Shown: positions 1 to 11,694 of the stretch, in pieces
Layout of the letters: each line of letters opens with the position of its first letter
Numbering within the stretch: position 1 is the first letter of the stretch
Assembly (NCBI RefSeq): GCF_963921235.1
Contig: NC_086118.1
Coordinates: 19,160,001-19,224,000 of the forward strand
Direction of reading: 5' to 3'
Length of the DNA: 64,000 bases
Origin: Mobula hypostoma
Lineage: Eukaryota
The notes under the pieces: generated by a model
What the model was told of the DNA's origin: nothing
What the model saw: only the letters and a program-made list of their open reading frames with translations
The model's database searches: none
Position numbers and translations under genes: made by a program

Positions 1-105
1 TATATATATACCCCTAAATGTTTGTAGTGATCACAGCTACATTGGCACATAATGATTTCCTATTCATTAATACTCTATGTTTTATGTTTTATGTTTGCTA
101 AATAG

Positions 106-566
106 GGATGAACATGACCATGGAAAAGCAGATGTATAACTACCATCAGTCCAGAGCCAGGCGGGTTATTGAGAACACGTTTGGCATTTTGGTGGCAAGG
201 TGGAGAATCCTCGGTCAACCACTAGAATTCCTGCCTGACACAGCAGTGAACATTGTCAAAGCTCGTATCGCTCTACACAACCTCCTCGCCTACACTGATG
301 ATGCCAACACACCTGTGAGCAGATACATCCCTGCTCGTTTTGCAGACTCAGGCACTACAGGGTCGCCTCAGTCAGGCGAGTGGCGAAGAGTGGTGGCAGG
401 GGACACGAGTCATTTGTAACCTCTAGATTCTCATTACCTTTCAAGGCGCCATTCCACCAGAGCTGCCCTTGGTGTACGGAATGACCTGATGGCCTTCTCT
501 CAATTACCCCATGGAATCTTGCCATGGCAGAACAACATAGAGTGTCGTGCTCAACTTAATCAGTAA
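106..566 (+). pseudogene. Last exon of a Harbinger (HARBI1-like, DDE_Tnp_4) transposase
   Basis: AG acceptor ends at 105. Translation [26 protein letters not shown]...ALHNLL. A premature TAA lies at 417-419, and the frame continues ...AALGVRNDLMAF..GILPWQ to TAA at 564-566. Confidence 0.85.
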
Positions 567-969
567 ATTGTAAGTCCATAAAATAAATGAACCCATAAAT
601 AACATGTAGCTGTTCAAATAAAAAAATAAAGACCTGTTACAAAATGAAGTTGTTATTTATTTGCAGTAATGTGCACAATATTATACAAGGTGCAAAGTGT
701 TATATAAAAAAATAATAAAATATGCAATTGTTTATTGTTTCTGCTGCTGCCTCTCAGATAGCAGTTTGTGGACATCGAACACTATCTGTGGCCTGTGTTC
801 CTCTGGCAGCCTCTGCAGCATGTCAGCAACTGCTTGCCCGAACCTAGAGCACTCATCACCTTCTTTCAGCAGTCTATGTTGCAGTTCCACCCTACGTTCA
901 TCCAACTGGGTGATCTGCTTCTGAAACCAGTCATCACATGTTCTGTCCTCTTCTTCTGTGCCATCCTTG

Positions 970-1140
970 GGCTGGGGGACAGAGGAGCTAGGTGGGGGGA
1001 CAGAGGAGCTGGGTATGGGGTCATAGGAGCTGGGTGGGGGGGGCAGAGGAGCTGGGTATGGGGTCATAGGGGCTGGGTGGGGGGTGCAGAGGAGCTGGGT
1101 GGGGGGGCAGAGTAGCTGGGTGGGGGGACAGAGGAGCTGG
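970..1140. repeat. G-rich minisatellite (about 18-20 bp unit CAGAGGAGCTGGGTGGGGGG) encoding the Pro-rich linker
   Basis: About eight imperfect tandem units are visible directly. Confidence 0.85.
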
Positions 1141-1485
1141 CTCATTACTGTATGATGATTCTGCACGTGAAGATGGAATGTCTGGTGGTTGGTTTTCCTC
1201 AGCAACTGAAGAGGTGGACAACCCTGAGGTCGAATCATTTCCATCCTGTGGTTATGAAAGGAATTGCAAATAGTTTAAGTTATTCTTTGTAAATATACAT
1301 ACAGGTAATATATGCATTCAGTGTCTGTACATAGATTGGCAGAGCTATAAAAACGAGAAATCAGCATATGGCTACATTGGCAGAATACTGGTTATTGCGT
1401 TTGCATAATGAGCAGGCCAGATACAATTAAAACCTATTGCATACAGTATTACATTTTTCTTTCACGGAAGCATTATCTTTGCGCA

Positions 1486-1904
1486 CTTCTCCATGGATGT
1501 CACCTTGTCGCAGTGGAGAAGCTTGTGTGGTCCTGTGATCCTGAGAGCAATGCCGTCTGGAGCTATGCTCCTAGGGTCACCCATGGCGGTAAGGTCAAGG
1601 GTGAGGTCCTTGACAAAGAACAATCCAACCAAGACCTCAACGGTGGAACAGGCGGACGAAGTTACTTCAAACTCAACGGCTGTGAAGGCGGATGAAGGCT
1701 GCAACAAATCCATCTGCTCCAATCGTCGTGGTTTCCACGCCATTGGAATCAGTTGGTTGATTTGTGAAGTATTGTGTGCTTCTTGGAGTGCAACATAAAG
1801 TACATGTTAAACAAATACACGTACAGTCATCTTCACTCTGTGGGCCACTTCTTCAGAACGAAGACCATCATCCTTGACCTCGGGGGATAGCTACGATGAC
1901 GACG
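1486..1904 (+). mobile_element. Non-autonomous RTE-derived retroposon (bipartite type) inserted in the Harbinger intron
   Basis: Perfect 11-bp TSD ATCTTTGCGCA (1475-1485, 1905-1915). The 5' part CACCTTGTCG..GCTTGTGTG..GATCCTGAGAGC.ATGCC..AGGGTCACCCATG resembles RTE/BovB/Expander 5' UTRs. Short (GAC/GAT)n tail. Confidence 0.75.
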
Positions 1905-2713
1905 ATCTTTGCGCAAATCAATATGCCGTGTTTACAACTAGACAGCATTGCTAGCTTGCTAGCTAGCCTAAACACTTACAACATAAAGGTTTATGATACA
2001 AAGAACATGTTACATTTACCTTGTCATCACCATAATTTGACTCTGTTTCCTGGTGCCTACTATGTGGTGCCAGCTGGGAAAGAAACAAATAAAACGCTGG
2101 CATTTTTTTTCCGCCTGGGTCCCCGCTCCTCTTGGAGAGTCTTTTCCGGATGTGCACGTACTTGTCCCTCAAGTTTTTCTATTCCTTTGTGCATTCCGTG
2201 ATGTCCAGACCTCTGTTTTTGGAAATTTCTTCCTACGAATTTGATGCCATTTGGCAGTCTTTATAGTCTGGTGACAAAGAGTCATACAAATGTACATATT
2301 TTTGGACTTTCTCAATTAACCTCGCCTCGATTTGGTTCATTTTCACACTCAACTCACGTTCTTCTTCTCTCTTCGTTCTCAATTCGAAAATGGTGGTGAA
2401 GAAGAAGCAACCGGAAATGCGTAGGAGGAAATGCGATGCTACCAAGCGGACCAATCACAGTTGTTGTGGTCTGCATAGCCGTGGCGCGTAGTTGCATTTT
2501 TGGAGACGCGCAAGTTAGGTGCAGAGTACGCGGCTACACCATACCTACGACGTAGGTTTGACGCAGAAGTATAAACTGGTCTTAAGAAAGTATGCAGCAG
2601 CTATCAGCAATCAATAGACATCAACAAACCTACAGTGTTTACCTTGTACAGACATGCTACATGCTGCGAGCTCACAAAGAGTTAAATTGGAATTCTGAAC
2701 TGTTCAGATACTT

Positions 2714-3272
2714 GTAGAAACCATAGAAACCATGGAAAAACTACAGCACAGAAACAGGTCTTTTGGCCCTTCTTGGTTGTGCCAAACCCTTTTCTGCCTA
2801 GTCCCACTGACCTGCACACGGACCATATCCCACCATACACCTCCCATCCATGTATCTGTCCAACTTATTCTTAAATGTTAAAAAAGAACCCGCAATTACC
2901 ACCTCGTCTGGCAGCTCATTCCACACTCCCACCACTCTCTGTGTGAAGAAACCCCCCCCCAAATGTTCCCTTTAAACTTTTCCCCCCTCACCCTTAACCC
3001 GTCCTCTGGTTTTTTTCTCCCCTTGCCTCAGTGGTAAAAGCCTGCTTGCATTCACTCTATTTATACCCAGCATAATTTTATATACCTCGATCAAATCTCC
3101 ACTCATTCTTCTATGCTCCAGGGAATAAAGTCCTAACTTATTCAACCTTTCTCTGTAACTGGGTTTCTCAAGTCCCGGCAACATCCTTGTAAACCTTCTC
3201 TGCACTCTTTCAACCTTATTAGTATCCTTCCTGTAATTTGGTGACCAAAACTGAACACAATACTCCAGATTT
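2714..3272 (-). mobile_element. CR1 LINE 3' fragment
   Basis: QRRFTRMLPGLE..SYRERLNKLGLYSLE..R..GDLIEVYKI; (ATAGAAACC)n-type tail at about 2714-2740. Confidence 0.9.
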
Positions 3273-3289
3273 GGAGCCTGGTATTTTAC

Positions 3290-4403
3290 AAAATTCAGTA
3301 CAACACAACCAGGAACTAGGGCATATCCTCTCTCTGTTGGATCACTCCGAGCAGCAGAAACCTATTGAGAAGCAGACTGGCCAGTTTGAATTACTTTCAT
3401 ACAATATTTAACTAAACTGTCAACTATAATGTGTGCATCAGCCTCTCTGACATTGAGGGTTACTGGCAATGACATAGGATGCCCTGTTACCACTTCAGAT
3501 GGATTTCTTTTAACTTGCTTCTTTCGGTCTGCTCTGATGCTGCACAAGGCTATGGGAAGAGCAGAAAGCCATGGTACCCTTTCCACAGGATGCTTAATTA
3601 GTCGTCGATTGATGGTTCCATTCATTCACTCAGCTCGTCCTGATGACTCTGAGTGATGCGGACAATGAAAAGAGCATTCAATGCTCATTCGTCGACTTAA
3701 TTTCTGACGAACTCTCCCAGTGAAACGTGTTCCTGGGTCAAAGTTGATGTGACATTGCAGTCCCCATCTAGGAATATAGACCTTGATCAGAGTGTTTGCT
3801 GTTTGTTTCGTAGTGCTTTCCTTGCTGGAATAGCTTCCAACCATCTTGAAAACTTGTCCATATCACCAGTGCGTCTGAGCATCATTGAAATTTAGGTAAA
3901 GTAAAGCAGCCCACCTGTGAGTGTAAAACTGGCCTAGGTGGGGCAAGATCATTTAATTGTGGTAGCTTTTCATTTGCCCCTAGATTAATTTTCTGGCATG
4001 CCATGCACCTTTCAAACATTTGTTGAGCTTCTGTCCTGAACTTTGTATTCCATCACCATTGGAAGAATCTGTCAATCATTGTTTGCACTCTGATGTGTCC
4101 TAGGGAGTGTATTTAGTCTGGCAGATAGGGAGCCAACATAGTTGGAGTGACTAGTGCCATATCCTCATACTTCATCACTGTTTAACTCCTCACCAATCTT
4201 TATTCAGAACCGCTTTCCCCAGTTGGAACATTGAGCTTGCATCTCTTGAATATTTTGTATGCTTGACAGAGGCACTGATTTGAACTTTGTTTCCATAATG
4301 CCAGTAGTTGGTTTCACTGCATATGTTCTTGGTACTTTTATTTCTGCCAGTTCTGCCCTTTTCACAATTTCATCCACAAATGCATTTCCACAGGTTCCCA
4401 TTG
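3290..4403 (-). pseudogene. Endogenous-retrovirus-like pol remnant (end of RNase H and integrase)
   Basis: GNAFVDEIVKRA (RNase H end); HSLGH...CMAC zinc finger; DKFSRW; YIPRWGL...DPGTRFTG...FHCPHHSESSGRAE*MNGTI...WLSALPIALCSIR. Multiple stops and frameshifts. Confidence 0.8.
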
Positions 4404-4409
4404 CTTAAA

Positions 4410-7130
4410 TCTCTGCCTTAAATGCACCCAATGACTTGGCCTTCACTGCTGCCCGTGGCAACAAATTCCATAGATTCACCACCCTCTGACTAAAAAAATG
4501 TCTTCACATTTCTGTTCTGATGGGCGCCCTTTGATCCTTAAGTCATGATCTCTTGTACCAGACTCCCCCATCATGGGAAACAACTTTGCCACATCCACTC
4601 TGTCCATGCCTTTCAACATTCGAAATGTTTCTATGAGGTCTCCCCTCATTCTTCAAAACTCCAAGAAATACAGTCCAAGAGCGGACAAACGTTCCTCATA
4701 TGTTAACCCTCTCATTCCCAGAATCATTCCAGTGAATCTTCTCTGTACCCTCTCCAATGTCAGCACATCCTTTCTTAAATAACGAGACCAAAACTGCCCA
4801 CAATACTCCAAATGAGGTCTCACCAGCGCCTTATAGAGCCTCAACATCACATCCCCGCTCCTATACTCTATTCCTCTAGAAATGAATGCCAACATTGCAT
4901 TCGCCTTCTTCACTTTCGACTCAACCTGGAGGTTAACCTTAAGGGTATCCTATATGAGGTCTCCCAAGTCCTGTTGCATCTCAGAACTTTGAATTCTTTC
5001 CCCATTTAAATAATAGTCTGCCCGTTTATTACTTCTGCCAAAGTGCATAACCATACACTTTCCAACATTGTACTTCATTTGCCACTTCTTTGCCCATTCT
5101 TCCAATCTATCCAAATCTCTCTGCAGACTCTCTGTTTCCTCAGCACTACCGGCCCCTCTACCTATCTTCGTATCGTCAGCAAACTTAGCCACAAAGCCAT
5201 CTATTCCATAATCCAAATCGTTGATGTACAATGTAAAAAGAAGCGGCCCCAACACGGACCCCTGTGGAACACCACTGGTAACCGGCAGCCAAATAGAATA
5301 GGATCCCTTTGTTCCCACTCTCTGTTTCCTGCCAATCAGCCAACACTCTATCCACGTATGTAACTTTCTCCTAATTCCATCGGCTCTTATCTTAAGTAGC
5401 CTCATGTGTGGCACCTTGTCAAAGGCCTTCTGAAAATCCAAATATACAACATCCACTGCATCTCCCTTGTCTAGCCTACTGGTAATTTCCTCAAAAAATT
5501 GTAATAGGTTTGTCAGGCAGGATTTTCCTTTAAGGAATCCATGCTGAGTTCTGCCTATCTTGTCATATGCCTCCAGGTACTCTGTAACCTCATCCTTGAC
5601 AATCGACTCCAACAACTTCCCAACCACCAATGTCAAGCTAACAGGTCTATAATTTACATTTTGCTTCCTTGCCCCCTTCTTAAGTAGCGGAGTGACATTT
5701 GCAATCTTCCAGTCCTCCGGAACCATGCCAGAATCTATCGACTTTTGAAAGATCATCGCTAATGCCTCCACAATCTCCACAGCTACTTCCTTCAGAACAC
5801 GCAGGTGCATTCCATCTGGTCCGGGAGATTTATCTACCTTTAGACTATTCAGCTTCCTGAGTACTTTCTCTGTCATAATTGTGACTGCGCACACTTCTCT
5901 TCCCTGCCACCCTTGAGTGTCCGGTATACTGCTGATGTCTTCCTCAGTGAAGACTGATGCAAAATACTCGTTCAGTTCCTCCGCCATCTCCTTATCTCCC
6001 ATTACAATTTCTCAGGCATCATTTTCTATTGGTCCTATATCTACTCTTACCTGTCTTTTACTCTTTATATACTTGAAAAAGCTTTTAGTATCCTCTTTGA
6101 TATTATTTGCTAGCTTCCTTTCATAGTTAATCTTTTCCCTCTTAATGACCTTCTTAGTTTCCTTTTGTAAGCTTTTAAAAACTTCCCACTAATTTTTGCT
6201 TCCTTGTACGCCCTCTCCTTTGCTTTAACTTTGGCTTTGACTTCTCTTGTCAACCATGGTTGTATCTTTTTTCCATTCGAAAATTTCTTCATTTTTGGAA
6301 TATACCTGTCTTGCACCTTCCTCACTTCTCGCATAAACTCCAGCCACTGCTGCTCTGCTGTCTTTCCCGCCAGTGTCCCTTTCCAGTCAACTTTGGCCAG
6401 TTCCTCTCTCATACCACTGTAATTTCCTTTACTCCACTGAAATACCGACACATCAGATTTCGGCTTCTCTTTTTCAAATTTCACAGTGAACTCAATCATG
6501 TTATGATCACTGCCTCCTACGGGTTCCTTCACCTCAATCTCTCCAATCACCTCCAGTTCATTACACAACATCCAATCCAGTACAGCCGATCCCCTAGTGG
6601 GCTCAACAACAAGCTGCTTAAAAAGCCATCTCGCAGACATTCTACAAATTCTCTCTCTTGAGATCTAGTGCCAACCTAATTTTCCCAATCCACTCGCATG
6701 TTAAAATCCCCTACAATTATTATAACACTACCCTTCTGACAAGACTTTTCTATTTCCTGTTGTAATTTGTAGTCCACATCCCTGCAGCTGTTTGGAGGCC
6801 TATAAATAACTGCCATCAGGGTCCTTTTATCCCTGCAATTTCTTAGCTCAAACCATAAAGATTCTGCACCTTCCAATCCTATATCACCTCTTTCTAATGA
6901 CTTAATATCATTTCTTACTAATAAAGCCACGCCTCCCCCTCTGCCTGCCTTCCTATCCTTCCGATACACCGTGTATCCTGGAACGTTCAGCTCCCAGAGA
7001 CATGCATCCTTTAGCTAGGTCTCAGTGATGGCCACAATATCATACCTGCCAATCTGTAGCCGTACGACAAGATCATCACCTTATTCCTTATGCTGCATGC
7101 ATTTAAGTATAACACCTTAAGTCCAGTATT
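4410..7130 (-). pseudogene. CR1 ORF2p (AP endonuclease and reverse transcriptase), disrupted
   Basis: [63 protein letters not shown]; split over several ORFs. Confidence 0.93.
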
Positions 7131-7293
7131 TGGTACTTTTCGCTTTGATTTCACTGCAACCCATCCCAATGGCTACAAATTTGCCCCATCACCTGCCTGT
7201 CTTTCCTGACATCTTTACTGCTCACTATCTTAGATTTATTTCTGTTTTCCCCTTCCTCCGCTCTGTCATTCTGGTTCCCATCCCCCTGCCAAA

Positions 7294-8241
7294 TTAGTTT
7301 AAACCCTCCCTAACCGCTCTATTAAACTTTCCTGCCAGGATATTGGTCCCCTTTGGGTTCAGGTGTAACCTGTCCTTTTTGAACAGGTCATACTTCCCCC
7401 AGAAGAGATCCCAATTATCCAAGAATCTGAAACCCTGCTCCCTGCACCAGTCCCTCAGCCAGCCATTCATCTGCCTGATCCGACTACTCTTGCCCTCGCT
7501 AGCACGTGGCACAGGCAGCAATCCCGAGATTACTACCTTGGAGGTCCTGCTTCTCAGCTTCTTTCCTAACCCTCTTCAGGACCTCCTTCCTAATCTCTTC
7601 AGGACCTCTTCCTTTGTCCTATCTATGTCATTGGTACCAACATGTGCCAAGACAATTGGCTGCTCACCCTCCCCCTTCAGAATATTCAGGGCCCGATCCG
7701 AGACATCCCGTACCCTGGCACCTGGGAGGCAACACACCATGCGGGTATCTCTGTCAGGCTCACAGAATCTCCTGTCTGTTCCCCTGACTATGGAATCCCC
7801 CACGACTACCGCATTCCTCTTCTCCCTCCTTCTCTCCTGCACAACAGCGCCAGGCTCAGTGCCAGAGACCCGGTCATTGTGGGCGTCCCCTGTCAGGTCA
7901 TCCCCCTCAACAGCATCCAGAACAAGATATTTGTTGCTGAGGGGGACAGCCACAGGTGTGCTCTCCAGTATCCGGGCATTTCTCTTCCCTCTCATGACAG
8001 TGACCCCGTTTTCTGACCCCTGTAGCCTAGGGACAACTACCTCCCTGTAGCTCCTGTCTATCACCTCCTCACTTTCCCTGATAAGCAATAAGTCATCAAG
8101 CTGCAGCTCCAGATCCCTAACACGGTCTCTGAGGAGCTGCATCTCGGTGCACCTGGCACAGATGTGGCCATCAGGGAGGCTGGAGGTCCCCCAGGATTCC
8201 CACATCTGACACCCTGAACAAAGCACTAATCCTGCAGGCAT
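7294..8241 (-). pseudogene. CR1 ORF1p (Cys-rich zinc finger, leucine zipper, SGNH/GDSL-type esterase domain), frameshifted near 7560-7610
   Basis: CSGCQMW...CARC, LRDRVRDLELQLDDL, VVGDSIVRG, HVGTND, D.LHLN.KG. Confidence 0.9.
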
Positions 8242-8644
8242 GCTACCTAACTCTACAGGAATGAAACAAGAAAAATAAGTCTACTCACCCACTTACCTCA
8301 CCAAACTGACGAACTTTTTAAACTGTTAGCTCATATTGTTAGCTGTGAGAGCCCTGCTGTTCCTGTCTGTCCGGACCGATTCGCAGAAGGGGCAGGGAGA
8401 AAAAAAGAGTTGGTGCTTCGCTCTCGCCTCTTGCTGTTTACCGCCAAAGCCTGTTGAAGCCAAAGCCCTACACTCTGCTCCCGGTCACTCCGCTGCCTGC
8501 TCCTACAGCTGCCCACTGTATAGGGTGGTCTCCTTTTTAAATTCTCCATGCTGTCCTGTTGACGTCACGTGCCTGCGCAGTCTCATGCTTCTTGGACTCG
8601 AAGAAGTTTTTAAAAAAGAAGTTTTTATCCAAGTTTCTTTCAGA

Positions 8645-9072
8645 AGTCAGGAAAGAGGCACAAAACTGGTTGCTTCATGATCATTTTATTAAGAACTAAT
8701 ACAAAACATTTTGAAAATGAACAGCGATAGAGTTTACTAAGGGAGATAGAAGCAAAACGCCCAAAAAAAAAACAGATGGGGCCTCTGCATGATCAGCCCT
8801 TTTATACTACAGTGATAAGAAAAATACCATTCAAATTCTCAGATAACAATAAGCCATCAGAAAGTCTCTATTCAAATAATTCAGTGACAGCAACGCTTCC
8901 CGAGCTTTCCGGAATCATGCAAATGTAACCACTAGCGGATATACTAAACAACTGCATATACATACTGTGATCACCAGGAAACATACTAAACTGTTATTTG
9001 TATATAAGTAACTATATAAAATACCAGCAGCCAATTAATTGTAAAGCTGCAAAGAAAAATAAATATTAAACA
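8645..9072 (-). mobile_element. LTR-like sequence, possibly the 5' LTR of the ERV-like remnant
   Basis: On the - strand it begins TGTTTAATA and has TATAAAA (near 8800) followed by AATAAA (near 8687). No CA end or TSD verified. Confidence 0.4.
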
Positions 9073-9079
9073 GTCGAAT

Positions 9080-9735
9080 CCAACAGAGTACACGCGCATA
9101 GATCCCTCAAAGTTGCCATGGAAATTGAAAGGGTGGTTAAGAAGGTATATGGTGTGTTGGCCTCCATTAGTTGAGGGACTGAGTCCAAGAGCCACAAAGT
9201 AATGTTGCAGCTCTATAAATTCCTGGTTAGACCACACCTGGAGTATTGTGTTCATTTCTAGGATGGATGCAGAAACTTTAGAGAAGGTACAAAGGAAATT
9301 TGCTGCGTGGATTAGAGAGCGTGCCTTTTGCAGAAAGGCTGAGCAAGCCAGTCTTTTCTCTTTGTAGCAAATGAGGATGAGAAGTGAATTGATGGACGTG
9401 TATGAGATGAAAAGAGGCATAGTCAGAGTGGATAGTGGCTGCCTTTTTCCCTGGGCAATAAAGGCTCGAACAAGAGAACGTACATTTAAGGCGACTGAAG
9501 GAAGGGTGTCAGAGGTAATTTTTATTTTTATACAGGGTGGTATGTGTAAGGAATGCACAGCTGGGGTGGTGGTTGAAGCAGATATTGTAGAATCATTTAA
9601 GAGATTCTTACATCATTAAATGGAGGGCTATTTGGGAAGGAAGGGTTAGATTGATCTTGGTGTAGGTTAAAAGGTCAGCACAACAATGTGGGCTGAAGTG
9701 TCTGTACTGTATTCTACTGTTCTATGCTTTATGTT
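9080..9735 (+). mobile_element. Degenerate CR1 3' fragment
   Basis: GTTAGACCACACCTGGAGTATTGTG (VRPHLEYC) and a TGTTCTATG-type tail. Confidence 0.8.
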
Positions 9736-9849
9736 AAGCTCTATTACAGCTCAGTCTTAGATTCAGTGGCTATGGAAATTGATCATTAACAACCTTTGTG
9801 AATCGTATGACTCCAGGCTGTGTAGAATTTCCTCTTTGATTCCTATTAG

Positions 9850-11100
9850 CAGTACTGTTTTAGCTCCTTAAATGGCTTTCTTGCATCTGCATTTGGAAAT
9901 ATGCTTCTCGGTGATACACCACGACAAACAACATGGGTAGCAGGGTTGGCTTAATGAAATCATGATAATCTACTGGCTGCATAAATCTTGTGTAAATCTT
10001 CTGGCTCCAGTCCATATGCACTATCCAGTTTAGGTCCCACATTTCCTTCCCAGTTTCTACCATCTTGTATTGTCTTATGTCGACTGGATGTTTTTTGGCC
10101 ACAATCATCAGCACCCAGGACAACTCTTACCTTCTTTCTATTCCTGTTAATGGAAAACTGTACATTGCATACATTGTCCCATATTACCCTTACTTAGTCC
10201 CTGCATCAATATTCATTGTTTTATACTCTGTTCAAAACAAGCTAAATTTGCAATTTGTTAGCCCACCTTCCAATCTCCTTCAATTCTAATCAAATTGCTT
10301 TTTTATCTCCACTTTGCAGGAAAACCTAACAATGCAGCTTGAAGTCATTAGCAAATTTCGTAGCATTACAGATAGTATGTTCTTCCATTGTCTGAACTGT
10401 GTAAACAAAAGCACTCCCAAAGCTATCCACAAGGAATCTTGGTTGTTAATGGATGTCAGACAGTGCACGCTCCATTTATTGGCAATTTATGTAGTTTAAT
10501 CAATTTACCAGTGAAAGAAAATGCTTTGCTCTCCTTTGAAAGTGGTGCCTTATCAATTGCTTTATGCAGGATAAGCCCATTGCCATGACTGAATATAGTC
10601 CATTGTTTTGGTCTCCTTTGCAAATTCGAGTAGATGCTTGAAACACAGCCTGCTCTACACCCTGACCTTCTGTCTTAGCATCAGTGCTTTTTAAATCAAC
10701 ATTCAATACCATTTAGATGAAGCTTATAGCATTTCATAAAAGAACCTTTGAGTTTTCTCAACTACAGTCCAAAAGCTGACTAATTAATGTTTCCATGCTC
10801 TTCTGGAAATTGCAACCATGTGGGAAGTCTCCCAGTCCTTCAAAGATCAAGAATATTGAAAATTTAACTAGCTCCTCTTGTATTTCATCATTCAGAGCCT
10901 TAATGACTCAAGGGTGTATCCCATCTGGATGAGGTTGCATATAAATATTTATTGCTTTGAGTATGTTTATAACTCTGGGATAATTATCCCCATCTTTTAT
11001 AAATTCTAAAGCTAACTTTAATATAATTCAGTGTGAAGATAAAAATGTAGAACTCATGAAGAACATTAACTATTTTCTGCCACTCACTTTATCGTGTGTA
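9850..11100 (-). mobile_element. Highly degenerate CR1 ORF2 fragment
   Basis: Remnant motifs appear in order on -: PDGIHP.V, KA.DK.P, KFANDFKL. Confidence 0.55.
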
Positions 11101-11552
11101 GAAAAAAACACAATAGAATTATCCAACAGAAATAGACTTCATTTAGTCCATTTCAGCTGTACTAACATTTTGAGACATTTTTACATTTGATTCCTTTTCT
11201 TTTCACTAACTTACTGTACAGTAAAATCCTTTTTCCCTGTAGGTTTATTAGAAGTCATAAGTTGTTATTGAGTTCTGTTATGGCATCCATTTTAGAAATC
11301 ATTTTCGTTGAATAACAATATCATCTTCATTTCACCTTGGGTAATTTTGTAAAAAATCTTAAATCTTTGGTTACCAACACATTGGTTATGAAGACCAATG
11401 CTTGCTATTGGCTCTATCAAAACATCTCATGAATTTGAATACCTCCAGTAAATTTCCTTTTCACCATGTCTGTTCTAAGAAGAAAAATCTCAATTTTGCT
11501 AGTTTCTTCAAAAAACTGCCTTCAGTAGCTTTCTAATAATTCTCCTCTAGAA

Positions 11553-11632
11553 CAGGAGGTCACAACCCTTTTTAAGTTATGGACCCTTACCATTAACCAA
11601 GGAGTCTGTCGGCCGTAGTTTGGGAACCTCTG
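11553..11632. mobile_element. 80-bp hAT (Charlie-like) MITE
   Basis: Termini CAGGAGGTCACAAC / TTTGGGAACCTCTG; 8-bp TSD CTCTAGAA / TTCTAGAA. Confidence 0.7.
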
Positions 11633-11694
11633 TTCTAGAACATCTCAAAGAGCTTGATTTTCTTTCAAAAATATCTTACTCAATAAGATATCCT

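Larger units (their letters stand above)
732..2340 (-). pseudogene. Harbinger accessory DNA-binding protein: MADF (Myb/SANT-like) domain, Pro-rich linker, BESS-like C-terminus; two exons (2340-2020, 1245-732)
   Basis: MNQIEARLIEKVQKYVHLYDSLSPDYKD..NS*EEIS..EC.KE*KNLRDKY, with two expected Trp codons reading TAG. AAG|GTAAAT donor at 2020/2019 and CAG| acceptor at 1246/1245, both phase 0. C-terminus FGQAVADMLQRLPEEHRPQIVFDVHKLL. The linker is frameshifted. Confidence 0.85.
1..2582. mobile_element. PIF/Harbinger DNA transposon, right portion (left end outside the window), decayed
   Basis: Two convergent genes (DDE transposase on +, MADF protein on -) with AATAAA signals between them (about 581-661). 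The terminus ...GACGCAGAAGTATAAACTGGTCT is followed by TAA (2583-2585), the typical Harbinger target. Confidence 0.85.
4409..8640 (-). mobile_element. Near-full-length CR1 LINE lacking its 3' tail
   Basis: 5' UTR, ORF1 and ORF2 occur in order; the element ends abruptly against the ERV-like pol sequence at about 4405. Confidence 0.92.

Noticed and set aside
1408..1798. Overlapping ORFs suggesting a third Harbinger gene
   Set aside because: They lie mostly within a TSD-flanked retroposon insertion and show no recognisable domain.
7294..8241. Stand-alone host esterase gene
   Set aside because: An SGNH esterase domain is an established feature of CR1 ORF1p, and it sits directly upstream of ORF2.
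9860..10712. Short ORFs and an AAG|GTAAG donor as possible host exons
   Set aside because: The region carries ordered remnants of CR1 RT motifs on the - strand.
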